Shown here: positions 1-7,487 of the stretch, one piece after another
How the letters are laid out: every line of letters begins with the position of its first letter
Numbering within the stretch: the first letter of the stretch is position 1
Assembly: GCA_024639335.1 (NCBI GenBank)
Contig: JAHEIN010000004.1
Coordinates: 1-49,699, forward strand
Direction: 5' to 3'
Source: a bacterium
GTDB taxonomy: Bacteria > Actinomycetota > Acidimicrobiia > Spongiisociales > ZC4RG35
DNA length: 49,699 nt
Program-made: the position numbers and the translations under genes
Notes under the pieces: generated by a model
Told to the model about the DNA's origin: nothing
Databases searched by the model: none
The model's input: the letters and a program-made list of their open reading frames with translations, nothing else

Positions 1-667
1 GCTGGGTACGGACTCCTTCGGGGACGTTGGCGTCCGGAGCGACCGGGCGGGGGTTCACGATCGCAGCCCGGGCACCATTGCCACTCGACCCGCCGTTGGG
101 CGCCGGTGCAGGCGTTTCGGCCGGCTTCTCCTCGAGAGCAACGGCCGCCGGGGCCGGGGCCTCCGCCGCAGCGGCGGGGGCGGGGGGTGCGGCCCGCTCG
201 GGAGCGGGTGCTGGGGCTGGGGGGGCCGGCGTTTCGGTGGCAGCCGGGGCCGCGGGGGCCGGAGCGGCTTCGCCCGCCATCTCGGCGAGGACCGAGGCGA
301 CGGATACGCCGAGTGACTTGGCTTTGGCTTCGGCCGACCGTTTCACGAGAGATTCAGGAAGACCGCCGACCTCGGCCGCCTTCTTGAGGAGAGCATCGAC
401 GTCGACCTCCGCTGCGGGAGCCGAAGCCACGGGCTCGGGAGCAGCCGGAGCCGGAGCTGGTTCGTCATCGGCCGGCTCGGACGCCGGGGCTTCGGCGGGG
501 AGGGCACCGGGGTCCGGTACTTCCACCTCGGCAGCGGCTGCTGAGGGCGGCGGGGTGGGCGGCGCCTCGCCCTTCATCTCTGCGAGGACCTGCTCCACCG
601 GAAGGCCGAGCGCCTTGGCCTTCGCCTCGGCGGAGCGTCTGAGGAGATCTTCTGGGATGTCTGCCAT
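1..667 (-). CDS. 5' part (runs off window) of probable cytochrome b subunit IV-like (PetD/QcrC-type) protein with long N-terminal extension containing two copies of a 32-aa module and Pro/Ala linkers
   Basis: Absent from the ORF track because there is no stop in the window. Manual translation from ATG 667: MADIPEDLLRRSAEAKAKALGLPVEQVLAEMKGEA...LPESLVKRSAEAKAKSLGVSVASVLAEMAGEA...NVPEGVRTQ. SD-like GAGG upstream; starts 18 nt after the cytochrome b6 stop. The subunit IV identity is inferred from position only. Confidence 0.6.
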   Translation of the reverse strand, partial: MADIPEDLLRRSAEAKAKALGLPVEQVLAEMKGEAPPTPPPSAAAAEVEVPDPGALPAEAPASEPADDEPAPAPAAPEPVASAPAAEVDVDALLKKAAEVGGLPESLVKRSAEAKAKSLGVSVASVLAEMAGEAAPAPAAPAATETPAPPAPAPAPERAAPPAPAAAAEAPAPAAVALEEKPAETPAPAPNGGSSGNGARAAIVNPRPVAPDANVPEGVRTQ

Positions 668-685
668 GTCGGGAGTCCTCTCGAT

Positions 686-1456
686 CTACAGCGGGCCGGA
701 GATACCGCCGTCCTTGCGGACCCGCCAGAAGTGGACCGCCATGAACAGCACGATGATGAACGGTAGGAACAGCACATGGAGCACGTACCAGCGCAGGATC
801 GTGCCGGCGGTGACCTCGGCGCCCGCCAGCAACGCGAACTTCACCTGTGCACCGAACACCGGAACGAATCCGGCCATGTTGGTGCCGACGGTGACCGCCC
901 ACAGCGCGAGTTGGTCCCACGGCAGCAGGTAGCCGGTGAACGACAGCAGAAGGGTCAGCAGCAGGAGGATGACGCCGACCACCCAGTTGAACTCACGCGG
1001 AGCCTTGTAGGCGCCGTGATAGAAGACCCGGCTCATGTGGAGAAAGACCACCAGCACCATGAGATGTGCGCCCCATCGATGCATGTTGCGGACCAACGAA
1101 CCAAACGCCACAGACGTCGACAACGCCTGGACGTCGGTGTAGGCGTTCTCGACCGTCGGGGCGTAATAGAACATCAGGAAGATGCCGGTGATGGTGAGGA
1201 GGATGAACAGGAAGAAGCTGAGTCCCCCGAGGCAGAGCGTGTAGCTCAGCTTGACGCCGTGGCGCTTCACCTTCACGGGGTGGAGGTGATACAACACATT
1301 GTTCATGATGACGTACGACCGGTTCCTCGGGCTGTCGGAGTAGCCCTTCTTGAACGGCGATCCGGGGCGCAGCACCGACTCGACGAAGCTGCTCGAGGCG
1401 AGCTTGTCGGTCGCTTCGGACAGCCGATCCTTCAAACTGGTGTTGCCATTCGCCAC
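686..1456 (-). CDS. petB: Cytochrome b6-like N-terminal cytochrome b subunit of a Rieske/cytochrome b complex
   Basis: Heme b ligands in [18 protein letters not shown] and [19 protein letters not shown] (14 residues between the His, b6 type), TLCLGG heme ci Cys, [17 protein letters not shown]-terminal GISGPL. Confidence 0.92.
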   Translation of the reverse strand: MANGNTSLKDRLSEATDKLASSSFVESVLRPGSPFKKGYSDSPRNRSYVIMNNVLYHLHPVKVKRHGVKLSYTLCLGGLSFFLFILLTITGIFLMFYYAPTVENAYTDVQALSTSVAFGSLVRNMHRWGAHLMVLVVFLHMSRVFYHGAYKAPREFNWVVGVILLLLTLLLSFTGYLLPWDQLALWAVTVGTNMAGFVPVFGAQVKFALLAGAEVTAGTILRWYVLHVLFLPFIIVLFMAVHFWRVRKDGGISGPL

Positions 1457-1468
1457 TCGTAGATCCTC

Positions 1469-1918
1469 CTACCAACGCATTCCGTATGAGTAACCGTTCT
1501 TGAAATCCCGCTGACCGGTGTCGACATCCCAGGGGCGGGCGTTGAGGCCGAGCTCGGCCGCTTGGTCGGCGAGCGAGCCCTCGAACTTGCCGAGAGAGAT
1601 CACGCCGGTCGGACAGCGGTCGATGCACAGCGCGCACCTGGTGCACTCGTTCTCGTCGACGACGAAGAACCCATAGTTGGATTCGTCCTCGTTGGGGTTG
1701 TCCACGTTGACCGCCTCGGTGATGGCATCGACACTCAGGTAGTGGATGCACTTCCACGGGCAGATGTCCACGCATCCCTCGCAGAGGATGCACTCGGCTT
1801 GATCGATGTGGAGAAACTGCTTCGGTCGGAGCTTGTCCTTGAAGTAATCGCCCTCGACGAGGGCGAGCTGGTAGTCGTCGCGGAACGGCGGTGTCTCGTC
1901 GACGATCCCCTTCGGCAT
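1469..1918 (-). CDS. 2x[4Fe-4S] dicluster ferredoxin-like protein
   Basis: CILCEGCVDICP and CTRCALCIDRCP motifs; start overlaps the upstream stop. Confidence 0.92.
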   Translation of the reverse strand: MPKGIVDETPPFRDDYQLALVEGDYFKDKLRPKQFLHIDQAECILCEGCVDICPWKCIHYLSVDAITEAVNVDNPNEDESNYGFFVVDENECTRCALCIDRCPTGVISLGKFEGSLADQAAELGLNARPWDVDTGQRDFKNGYSYGMRW

Positions 1919-2562
1919 CAGCGGTCACCCTTGACGAGCGTGCGGCCGTAGGGCGAGGTGACCTCGTCTGGAGCAGCGGCAGACTCGGGGCGCCCGCCGT
2001 AGACGTCCGGGATCTTGTAGGCGAACAAGCCACCGAGAACCAGCATCGCGAGGTTGTAGCCCATCGAGATGGAGTCTTTGATCACGGCCCAGCTGATGCT
2101 GATGTCGTTGCCGAGAACGAGGAACGACGGGATCGGGTCGAGGCCCGGCACCAGTCGCTGGCTGCTCCAATCGAGATCGGTCTGTGAGAAGTTGAGCCAT
2201 TCCGAGGGGACGATTCCGAAGATGACGACGAGTTCGAGCCACGCGAGTGTGGCGGCGATCGACGCCACCGCCCAGGACATCTTGCGGCCGAGTACGAACA
2301 GGAACGCCGCTCCGACCAACATCAGCTGCGAAGCGCCGAAAGCGATCACGTAGCCGAGCGCCTTCCACCAGATCCCCCGTGGCATCCAGTTGAGGAAATC
2401 GACTTGGAAAGGAACGAACTCGCCGTCGACGAGCTCCTCGACCGGGAACTGGGCCCAGTGGACGATGACCACGGCGATGACCATCGCCACGGTGCCCACC
2501 GCCAGCATGGCACTGCCATAGGTGATCCGTTGGCTGGGGCTGAGTTCGCCGAGTCGATACAT
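1918..2562 (-). CDS. Uncharacterised membrane protein (about 4 TM), first gene of the cytochrome b operon
   Basis: Hydrophobic segments; SD GGAGA before ATG 2562; coupled to the ferredoxin gene. Confidence 0.75.
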   Translation of the reverse strand: MYRLGELSPSQRITYGSAMLAVGTVAMVIAVVIVHWAQFPVEELVDGEFVPFQVDFLNWMPRGIWWKALGYVIAFGASQLMLVGAAFLFVLGRKMSWAVASIAATLAWLELVVIFGIVPSEWLNFSQTDLDWSSQRLVPGLDPIPSFLVLGNDISISWAVIKDSISMGYNLAMLVLGGLFAYKIPDVYGGRPESAAAPDEVTSPYGRTLVKGDR

Positions 2563-2744
2563 CAGGTCTCCTGGGTCTTTTCCCTGGTCGGGGCGAGATT
2601 CTAGTCATCCGATTCGACCTGACGGCAAAGCATCGGGAAGCCGACGTCGCACAGGTGAGCGACCAACGTCGTGACGCGAGATGTGAGGACGAGCGCCGCG
2701 ATGGCCAAGCTAACCTCGCCGGTGCCGCCGACACAGAGGTGAGG
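2563..2744. promoter_or_regulatory. Divergent promoter region between the cytochrome b operon and the cbb3-like operon
   Basis: Minus-strand TAGAAT (2598-2603) and plus-strand TAACCT (2711-2716) -10-like hexamers; SD GAGGTGAGG before GTG 2745. Confidence 0.5.
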
Positions 2745-4184
2745 GTGACCACAACAGCGACTGAACAACGGACCGGGCGTCGGGTCGCCACGGAGAACGT
2801 GGCCACCGCTCACCTTCTCGTGTCTTCAGCGTTCCTCGCTCTCGGCGGCGTGTTGACCGTCCTGTCGATGGCATCGGTGTCGTTCATCTCCCTCAGCGGC
2901 CCGTTGTCGTACGGCCGGCTGCGACCGATGACGATGTTGGTGGTCATGCTCGGCTGGCTCGTGCCCGCCTTCGCCGGGGTGGGGTATTACCTGCTCCCCC
3001 GACTCACCGGAACGCCGCTCTTTCAACCTCGCCTCGCAGGGCTCGGGCTCATCGGGACCTCGGGGCTCACGGTCCTGGGCGTCTTGTGGCTGTTCTTCGG
3101 GCTGGGAGACGGAATCGAACCGTTCGGGCTGCCGTGGTATCTCGACATCCTGATCTTGGGCGTGGTCTCGATTCCCGCCGTCGTGACGTTCGGCACCATC
3201 CGCAACCGCTCGGAAGAGAGCGTTTTCGCCTCGCTGTGGTTCGTGATGGCAGCGGTGCTCTGGCTCCCCGGCCTGGCGCTCGTCTCTGCGCTTCCGAACC
3301 TCGCCGCGATCGGGCGCCAGCTACAAGAGGTGGTCTTCTCCACCGGCTTCGGGACGCTGTGGGTGACGGCCATGGGCTTCGGTATCGCCTACTACGTGGC
3401 GGTGAAGCAGACCGACAACCCGCTCGCCAACCGTCAGGTGGCAAAAGCCGGCTTCTGGTCGCTCGCATTCTCCGGTGCGTTCCTCGGACCGGTCCAGATC
3501 GCTTTCGGCCCGACGCCCGACTGGCTCGACTCGGTGTCGGCCGTCCTGTCGCTCGCCCTCCCGGTGGCGGCGATCGCAACGGCTGCCGCAGTCGCAACGA
3601 CCGTCGCCGACGATTGGAGTGACGCTTCGGAGCGCCCGGCTCTCCTGGCCGTCGGGTACGGGCTCGCCTTGGCGATCGTCGCCTCGGTGCTCTCGGTCTT
3701 CGGTGCGTTCTCCTCTGCAGCAGCCCTCGTGGGCTTGAGCGCCTTCTGGGATGGCATTCAGTTCCTCGTTCTCTTCGGCGTGGGCGGCACGTTCCTCTCG
3801 GCATTCGCCTACCAGGCGATCCCCCCGATGACCGGGCGGCAAATCGACGACACCGGCAACGCCGGCCGGCAGATCAGACTGGTCGCCTGGGGTTCGCTGG
3901 GCACCGCAGTGTTCCTCGTCCTCGCCGGGATCCTGTCCGGGTTCTCCTGGACCGGTGGGTCGTACACCGGCTCGTACACCGATGCCGGCGAAGGGTGGGC
4001 CGAAGCCATGGCACTCCCCGATGTGTTGATCGGCGTCGCCGTGCTCGGGGCACTGGTCACCTTCGTGGGCCAACTCCTGTTCGTGCGCAACGTGACCTCC
4101 GCCATCACGAGCGGGACGGCCGGCGCCCAGGAGGTGCTGGTCTACACCCCGGTCTCCGACGATGACGACGGAGGGGACTCATGA
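2745..4184 (+). CDS. cbb3-type oxidase subunit I (CcoN)-fold membrane protein lacking heme/CuB histidine ligands
   Basis: CcoN-like landmarks SYGRLRP, YYLLPRLT, RSEESVFASLWF, YYVAVKQTDNPL, GFWSL, PTPDWL and about 12 TM, but only one His in the whole protein. Start placed at GTG 2745 after the SD. Confidence 0.82.
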   Translation: MTTTATEQRTGRRVATENVATAHLLVSSAFLALGGVLTVLSMASVSFISLSGPLSYGRLRPMTMLVVMLGWLVPAFAGVGYYLLPRLTGTPLFQPRLAGLGLIGTSGLTVLGVLWLFFGLGDGIEPFGLPWYLDILILGVVSIPAVVTFGTIRNRSEESVFASLWFVMAAVLWLPGLALVSALPNLAAIGRQLQEVVFSTGFGTLWVTAMGFGIAYYVAVKQTDNPLANRQVAKAGFWSLAFSGAFLGPVQIAFGPTPDWLDSVSAVLSLALPVAAIATAAAVATTVADDWSDASERPALLAVGYGLALAIVASVLSVFGAFSSAAALVGLSAFWDGIQFLVLFGVGGTFLSAFAYQAIPPMTGRQIDDTGNAGRQIRLVAWGSLGTAVFLVLAGILSGFSWTGGSYTGSYTDAGEGWAEAMALPDVLIGVAVLGALVTFVGQLLFVRNVTSAITSGTAGAQEVLVYTPVSDDDDGGDS

Positions 4185-4927
4185 GTGAAGTCGCCGCCGC
4201 TGCGGCTGCAATGAACATCCCCGAAGAGCTGGTCGAGCGCTCGGCCGCCGCCCGTGCGACAGCGGCCGGGTCCACTACCGAGGAAGTGATCGCCGCCTGG
4301 GCGGGAGGAGCTCCGGCGCCGGCGGCGGCTCCGCCACCCCCAGAGGAGCCGGCTCCCTCGGAAGCGGACGCTCCGACCGAGCCATTGCCCCCGACAGAGC
4401 CGATCACAGCCCCCGCGACAGAACCGGTGGAGCAACCGGCGGCGACGGCAGCGCCGGTGTCCATTGCGGCACCAACGGAGCCCCCGGTGCTCCAGGGACG
4501 AACGGAGCATCCGTTCCTGATCGCCGCGGGAGCAGCCGGGCTGCTCATCGTGGCGCTGCTGGTCGGCTTTCTCGCACCTGCCCTCCCGCAAGAAGGAAAC
4601 GGTGTGTACTCATCTGCGGTTCCCTTGACCGAGGCAGCGATCGAGGGACGTGAGGTGTATCGCAGTGAGGGCTGTTCGTCGTGTCACACTCAGTTGGTCC
4701 GGCCAATCGTCGCCGATGTCGGTCTGGGACCGGTGACGATCTCCGACAGCAACCAGGTTCTCGGCGTCCGGAGGTACGGGCCCGACTTGGCTCACGTCGG
4801 GAGCAGGGTCGAGTCACAATCGTCGCTGTTGTCGGTACTGACGGGTTCGAGCGATCATCCTTCGTACGGGGGGCTGTCGGACACCGACCTCGAGAACCTC
4901 ACCGCCTACCTGTTTCAATCGAAATGA
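4181..4927 (+). CDS. CcoO-like membrane-anchored monoheme cytochrome c with N-terminal module and Pro/Ala linker
   Basis: EGREVYRSEGCSSCHTQLVRP and RRYGPDLAHVGSR match CcoO motifs; one TM; ATGA overlap with the upstream gene. Confidence 0.85.
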   Translation: MSEVAAAAAAMNIPEELVERSAAARATAAGSTTEEVIAAWAGGAPAPAAAPPPPEEPAPSEADAPTEPLPPTEPITAPATEPVEQPAATAAPVSIAAPTEPPVLQGRTEHPFLIAAGAAGLLIVALLVGFLAPALPQEGNGVYSSAVPLTEAAIEGREVYRSEGCSSCHTQLVRPIVADVGLGPVTISDSNQVLGVRRYGPDLAHVGSRVESQSSLLSVLTGSSDHPSYGGLSDTDLENLTAYLFQSK

Positions 4928-4946
4928 GAGACCGGGGAATCGAACG

Positions 4947-5915
4947 ATGAGCGATCAACTGTCATCCGCAGCGCAGGCCATGGGCATTCCGGAGGAACTG
5001 GTCCAGCGGTCTGCCGCAGCACGAGCTGCCGCCGCCGGGACCGACACCGAGACGGTCATCGGCGCCTGGGCCGGGGGTCAGTCCGCTCCCGCCGCAGCGG
5101 CCCCCGAGACACCTGAGCCGTCAAAGGCCGAAGAGCCTGCTTCCGAGCCTGCGAGAAGCGCACCGGAGGCCCCAACGGCCGTCGAACCCTCCCAGACACC
5201 GGCTCCCGCTCCGGCGCCGATCACCCCGCCACCGACGCCATCGGTGGTCTCCCCCGAGGAGGCACTCGACCACGACGTCGTCGTGTCTGTCCCGACTGCA
5301 GGTTTGAAGGAGCGCACCTCGACGACCATTCCTCAGTGGCTGGTGGCTGCACTGCTGATCGTCCCTGCCTTTGGCCTCCTCTATCTCGCAAGCAATGGCA
5401 CCGCCGACGCCACGTGCTCGGAGACCGGAGTCGTGTTGCGGGTCGACCGCGCAACCGGCGCGCTGGAGAACTGCGACGGTTCGGAGTTCTCCGGCCGGGG
5501 CGGAGCTTCCGGTGGCGGCCTCGAGTTCATCACCCTGGGCCAGGAGCTGTATTCCACGTGCTCCGGCTGTCATGGGGTGAACGGAGGCGGCGGCGTGGGG
5601 CCGGCGTTCGGCGGCGTCCTCAACACGTTCGGTGCCTGCTCGGATCACATCGAGTGGGTTCGACTCGGATCCTCCGGTTATCTCGCTGCCGGGCGAAACA
5701 CCTACGGTGATCTCGGGACCTCGGTCGGCGGTGGGATGCCAGGATTTCCCAATCTCTCGGATGAGGAGATCGCTGCGGTCATCGCCTTCGAGCGGATCCG
5801 CTTCGGGGGCGGGGCGGTCGACGCCGAACTCGCCAACTGTGGGCTGATCGAGGCCGCAGACGCAGAAGGGGAGGCCCCTGGGGACGAGGCATCCGATCCG
5901 ATGACAGAAGGCTGA
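4947..5915 (+). CDS. Membrane-anchored monoheme cytochrome c with N-terminal module
   Basis: CSGCH heme motif, GGGMPGF distal Met, one TM (WLVAALLIVPAFGLLYL), four additional Cys. Confidence 0.85.
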   Translation: MSDQLSSAAQAMGIPEELVQRSAAARAAAAGTDTETVIGAWAGGQSAPAAAAPETPEPSKAEEPASEPARSAPEAPTAVEPSQTPAPAPAPITPPPTPSVVSPEEALDHDVVVSVPTAGLKERTSTTIPQWLVAALLIVPAFGLLYLASNGTADATCSETGVVLRVDRATGALENCDGSEFSGRGGASGGGLEFITLGQELYSTCSGCHGVNGGGGVGPAFGGVLNTFGACSDHIEWVRLGSSGYLAAGRNTYGDLGTSVGGGMPGFPNLSDEEIAAVIAFERIRFGGGAVDAELANCGLIEAADAEGEAPGDEASDPMTEG

Positions 5916-5947
5916 TACCGGTCGTCGGACTGCGGCGAGCATCGCCC

Positions 5948-6193
5948 TCACCGTCTCAGCAGGCCCCGGACGATGTCGCGCGTCCCGAAGCTGCCTTCCG
6001 CGATGAGCTGACCCCCACTCGTCGTGAGCACCGGCACGCGCAGCCCGTACTCGACGACCAGCTCATCGTCGGTGTCGATGTCGACCACCTCGAGCTGACG
6101 CCCGAAGAGCTTCGCTACCCGACGAGCCCGAGGCAGAGCGGATTCACACAGGTGGCACGCGGGACGGGTGTAGAAAATCATCTCAGAAAACAT
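5948..6193 (-). CDS. Glutaredoxin-like protein (DUF836/NrdH-like)
   Basis: FYTRPACHLC, VDIDTDDELVVEYGLRVPVL. Confidence 0.85.
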   Translation of the reverse strand: MFSEMIFYTRPACHLCESALPRARRVAKLFGRQLEVVDIDTDDELVVEYGLRVPVLTTSGGQLIAEGSFGTRDIVRGLLRR

Positions 6194-6220
6194 TCAAGTG
6201 CATACCGCAAGGGTCCGATC

Positions 6221-6226
6221 TACAAT
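6221..6226 (+). promoter_or_regulatory. -10 element (TACAAT) of candidate ncRNA
   Basis: Near-consensus -10 lying 7 nt before the first base of a perfect hairpin; no plus-strand CDS follows. Confidence 0.55.
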
Positions 6227-6233
6227 GTGATTT

Positions 6234-6397
6234 GCCGGAGCTGTTCGCAGTTTCGGCCGAGAGAGGCAAGGACCGCCAGTCATGCCAGTTGGGCACAATG
6301 TCCCAAGGTGTGATCGGATAGCCTCCCAGCCCGCCCCACGGCGGTACCTCCACTCTCGAGGATGAGGCCTCCCCTGCCCCGGGAGGCTTCATCAATT
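6234..6397 (+). ncRNA. Candidate structured ncRNA, Ms1/6S-like architecture
   Basis: 5' hairpin GCCGGAGCUG-UUCG-CAGUUUCGGC. Long central stem (CGAGAG/CUCUCG, ACCGCC/GGCGGU, GUCAUGCC/GGUGUGAU, UUGGG/CCCAA) with an asymmetric C-rich bubble. 3' hairpin GAUGAGGCCUCCC/GGGAGGCUUCAUC. Confidence 0.65.
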
Positions 6398-6399
6398 CT
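6361..6399 (+). terminator. Terminator-like hairpin ending the candidate ncRNA
   Basis: 13-bp stem gatgaggcctccc/gggaggcttcatc followed by aattct. Confidence 0.5.
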
Positions 6400-6400
6400 G

Positions 6401-6519
6401 GGCCTGTCTCGCTCCGCTCGCCTCGGCCCGTTCTGGGTGATGGGTTCTCAGTCATGGGTCGTCGTGTCATGGCTCAGAACCCACAACCCACGACTCGCAA
6501 CCGCGAGGCGGCAGCCGAG
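6401..6519. repeat. REP-like palindromic intergenic element, copy 1
   Basis: ggcc..ctcgctccgctcgcctcggccc.gtt..ggttctcagt with tgggt/accca inverted heptamer-like units; similar to 17653-17710. Confidence 0.4.
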
Positions 6520-7401
6520 CTAGCGGACGCCGAACATGAGATCGCGGAGGTTCACGGGGGTGACGGCGAACGTCTCCGGGTCGATCGAGAGAGAGCCGAT
6601 CCGGAGCCCCTGCATGCCTTCACCGGCGTTGGTGCTCACTCGGAGCGCACCGTCGTCGTACTCGAGCCGGCCGAGTCCGAGACAGCCGCCATCGCCGTCT
6701 TGAACGCCGACGAGCATGCCGTGGAGTCTCGATTGTTCGAGAGCCGGGGGAAGTGTCGGAGCGAAGACGGTGGAGCGAACCCGCCAGCGCCCGAGCTCGG
6801 GTGCGAAGGCCTTCCGGAACGCAGCAGTCCGCCGTTCCGCTCGCTCGTCAGGCCCACTGGGGATGAGATCGGGATCGACCGGGATCGAGATGACCTCGAC
6901 CGAGAAGAAACGTTTCAACATCCCGCTGATCGGCTCCATCTCTGCGCCCCGCTGCATCGCCACCACGATGTCCGGCCTCACCAGTTCGGCCTTGTGATAC
7001 TTCAACGTCTCTCCGATCACACCAGAGACCACACTCGAGGTGTCGATGACCACGAGGTCGCACTCTTCTCGCGCACGACCAGCGAGGGCAGCGGTGGCGA
7101 TCGTCTGTTGGAGCACGAGCTTGTTGGGGGAGATTGCTCCGACGAAGTGGAGGGCATCCGCGTTTTCGAGCGAGTCGAGGTCGGCGTGGCTGCGCAGATA
7201 CTTCAGACCGACGCAGGCAGGCGGCCCGATGCGGCTGTTGCTGATGTCGGCGTCGACGAATCCCACCAACTTCCCGGCGTCCATCGCGGCTCGAGCACAG
7301 GCGAGCGCCATCGTCGTCTTCCCGGTATCCATGGCGCCGACGAACATGACGGAGTTGGACCCCACGACCTTCGAGACGACCTCGCTGTGCGCTTCGAACA
7401 T
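6520..7401 (-). CDS. Clp1/Grc3-family polynucleotide 5'-hydroxyl kinase
   Basis: Walker A VGAMDTGKTT, VDADISNSRIGPP, VVIDTS, LKYHKAELVRPD, ERAERR; leaderless TAGCAT-6nt-ATG. Confidence 0.8.
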   Translation of the reverse strand: MFEAHSEVVSKVVGSNSVMFVGAMDTGKTTMALACARAAMDAGKLVGFVDADISNSRIGPPACVGLKYLRSHADLDSLENADALHFVGAISPNKLVLQQTIATAALAGRAREECDLVVIDTSSVVSGVIGETLKYHKAELVRPDIVVAMQRGAEMEPISGMLKRFFSVEVISIPVDPDLIPSGPDERAERRTAAFRKAFAPELGRWRVRSTVFAPTLPPALEQSRLHGMLVGVQDGDGGCLGLGRLEYDDGALRVSTNAGEGMQGLRIGSLSIDPETFAVTPVNLRDLMFGVR

Positions 7402-7487
7402 GTGTCGATGCTACCGAGGGGACACGGCAGCTCCGTGGGTGCTCGCCCGATGGTGATTGTTCCCCGAGCGACGTAGCCTCGTCATCC

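Noticed and set aside
27-932. 301-aa plus-strand Ala/Gly-rich ORF
   Set aside because: Antisense shadow of the real minus-strand genes (cytochrome b6 and the ORF starting at 667).
2601-2813. 70-aa minus-strand Cys-containing ORF in the divergent promoter region
   Set aside because: No Rieske or heme motif; it overlaps the ccoN-like start and both putative -10 elements.
7393-7410. LexA/SOS-box-like sequence at the Clp1 start (TCGACACATGTTCGA on minus)
   Set aside because: One base short of CGAAC-N4-GTTCG; only one good half-site.
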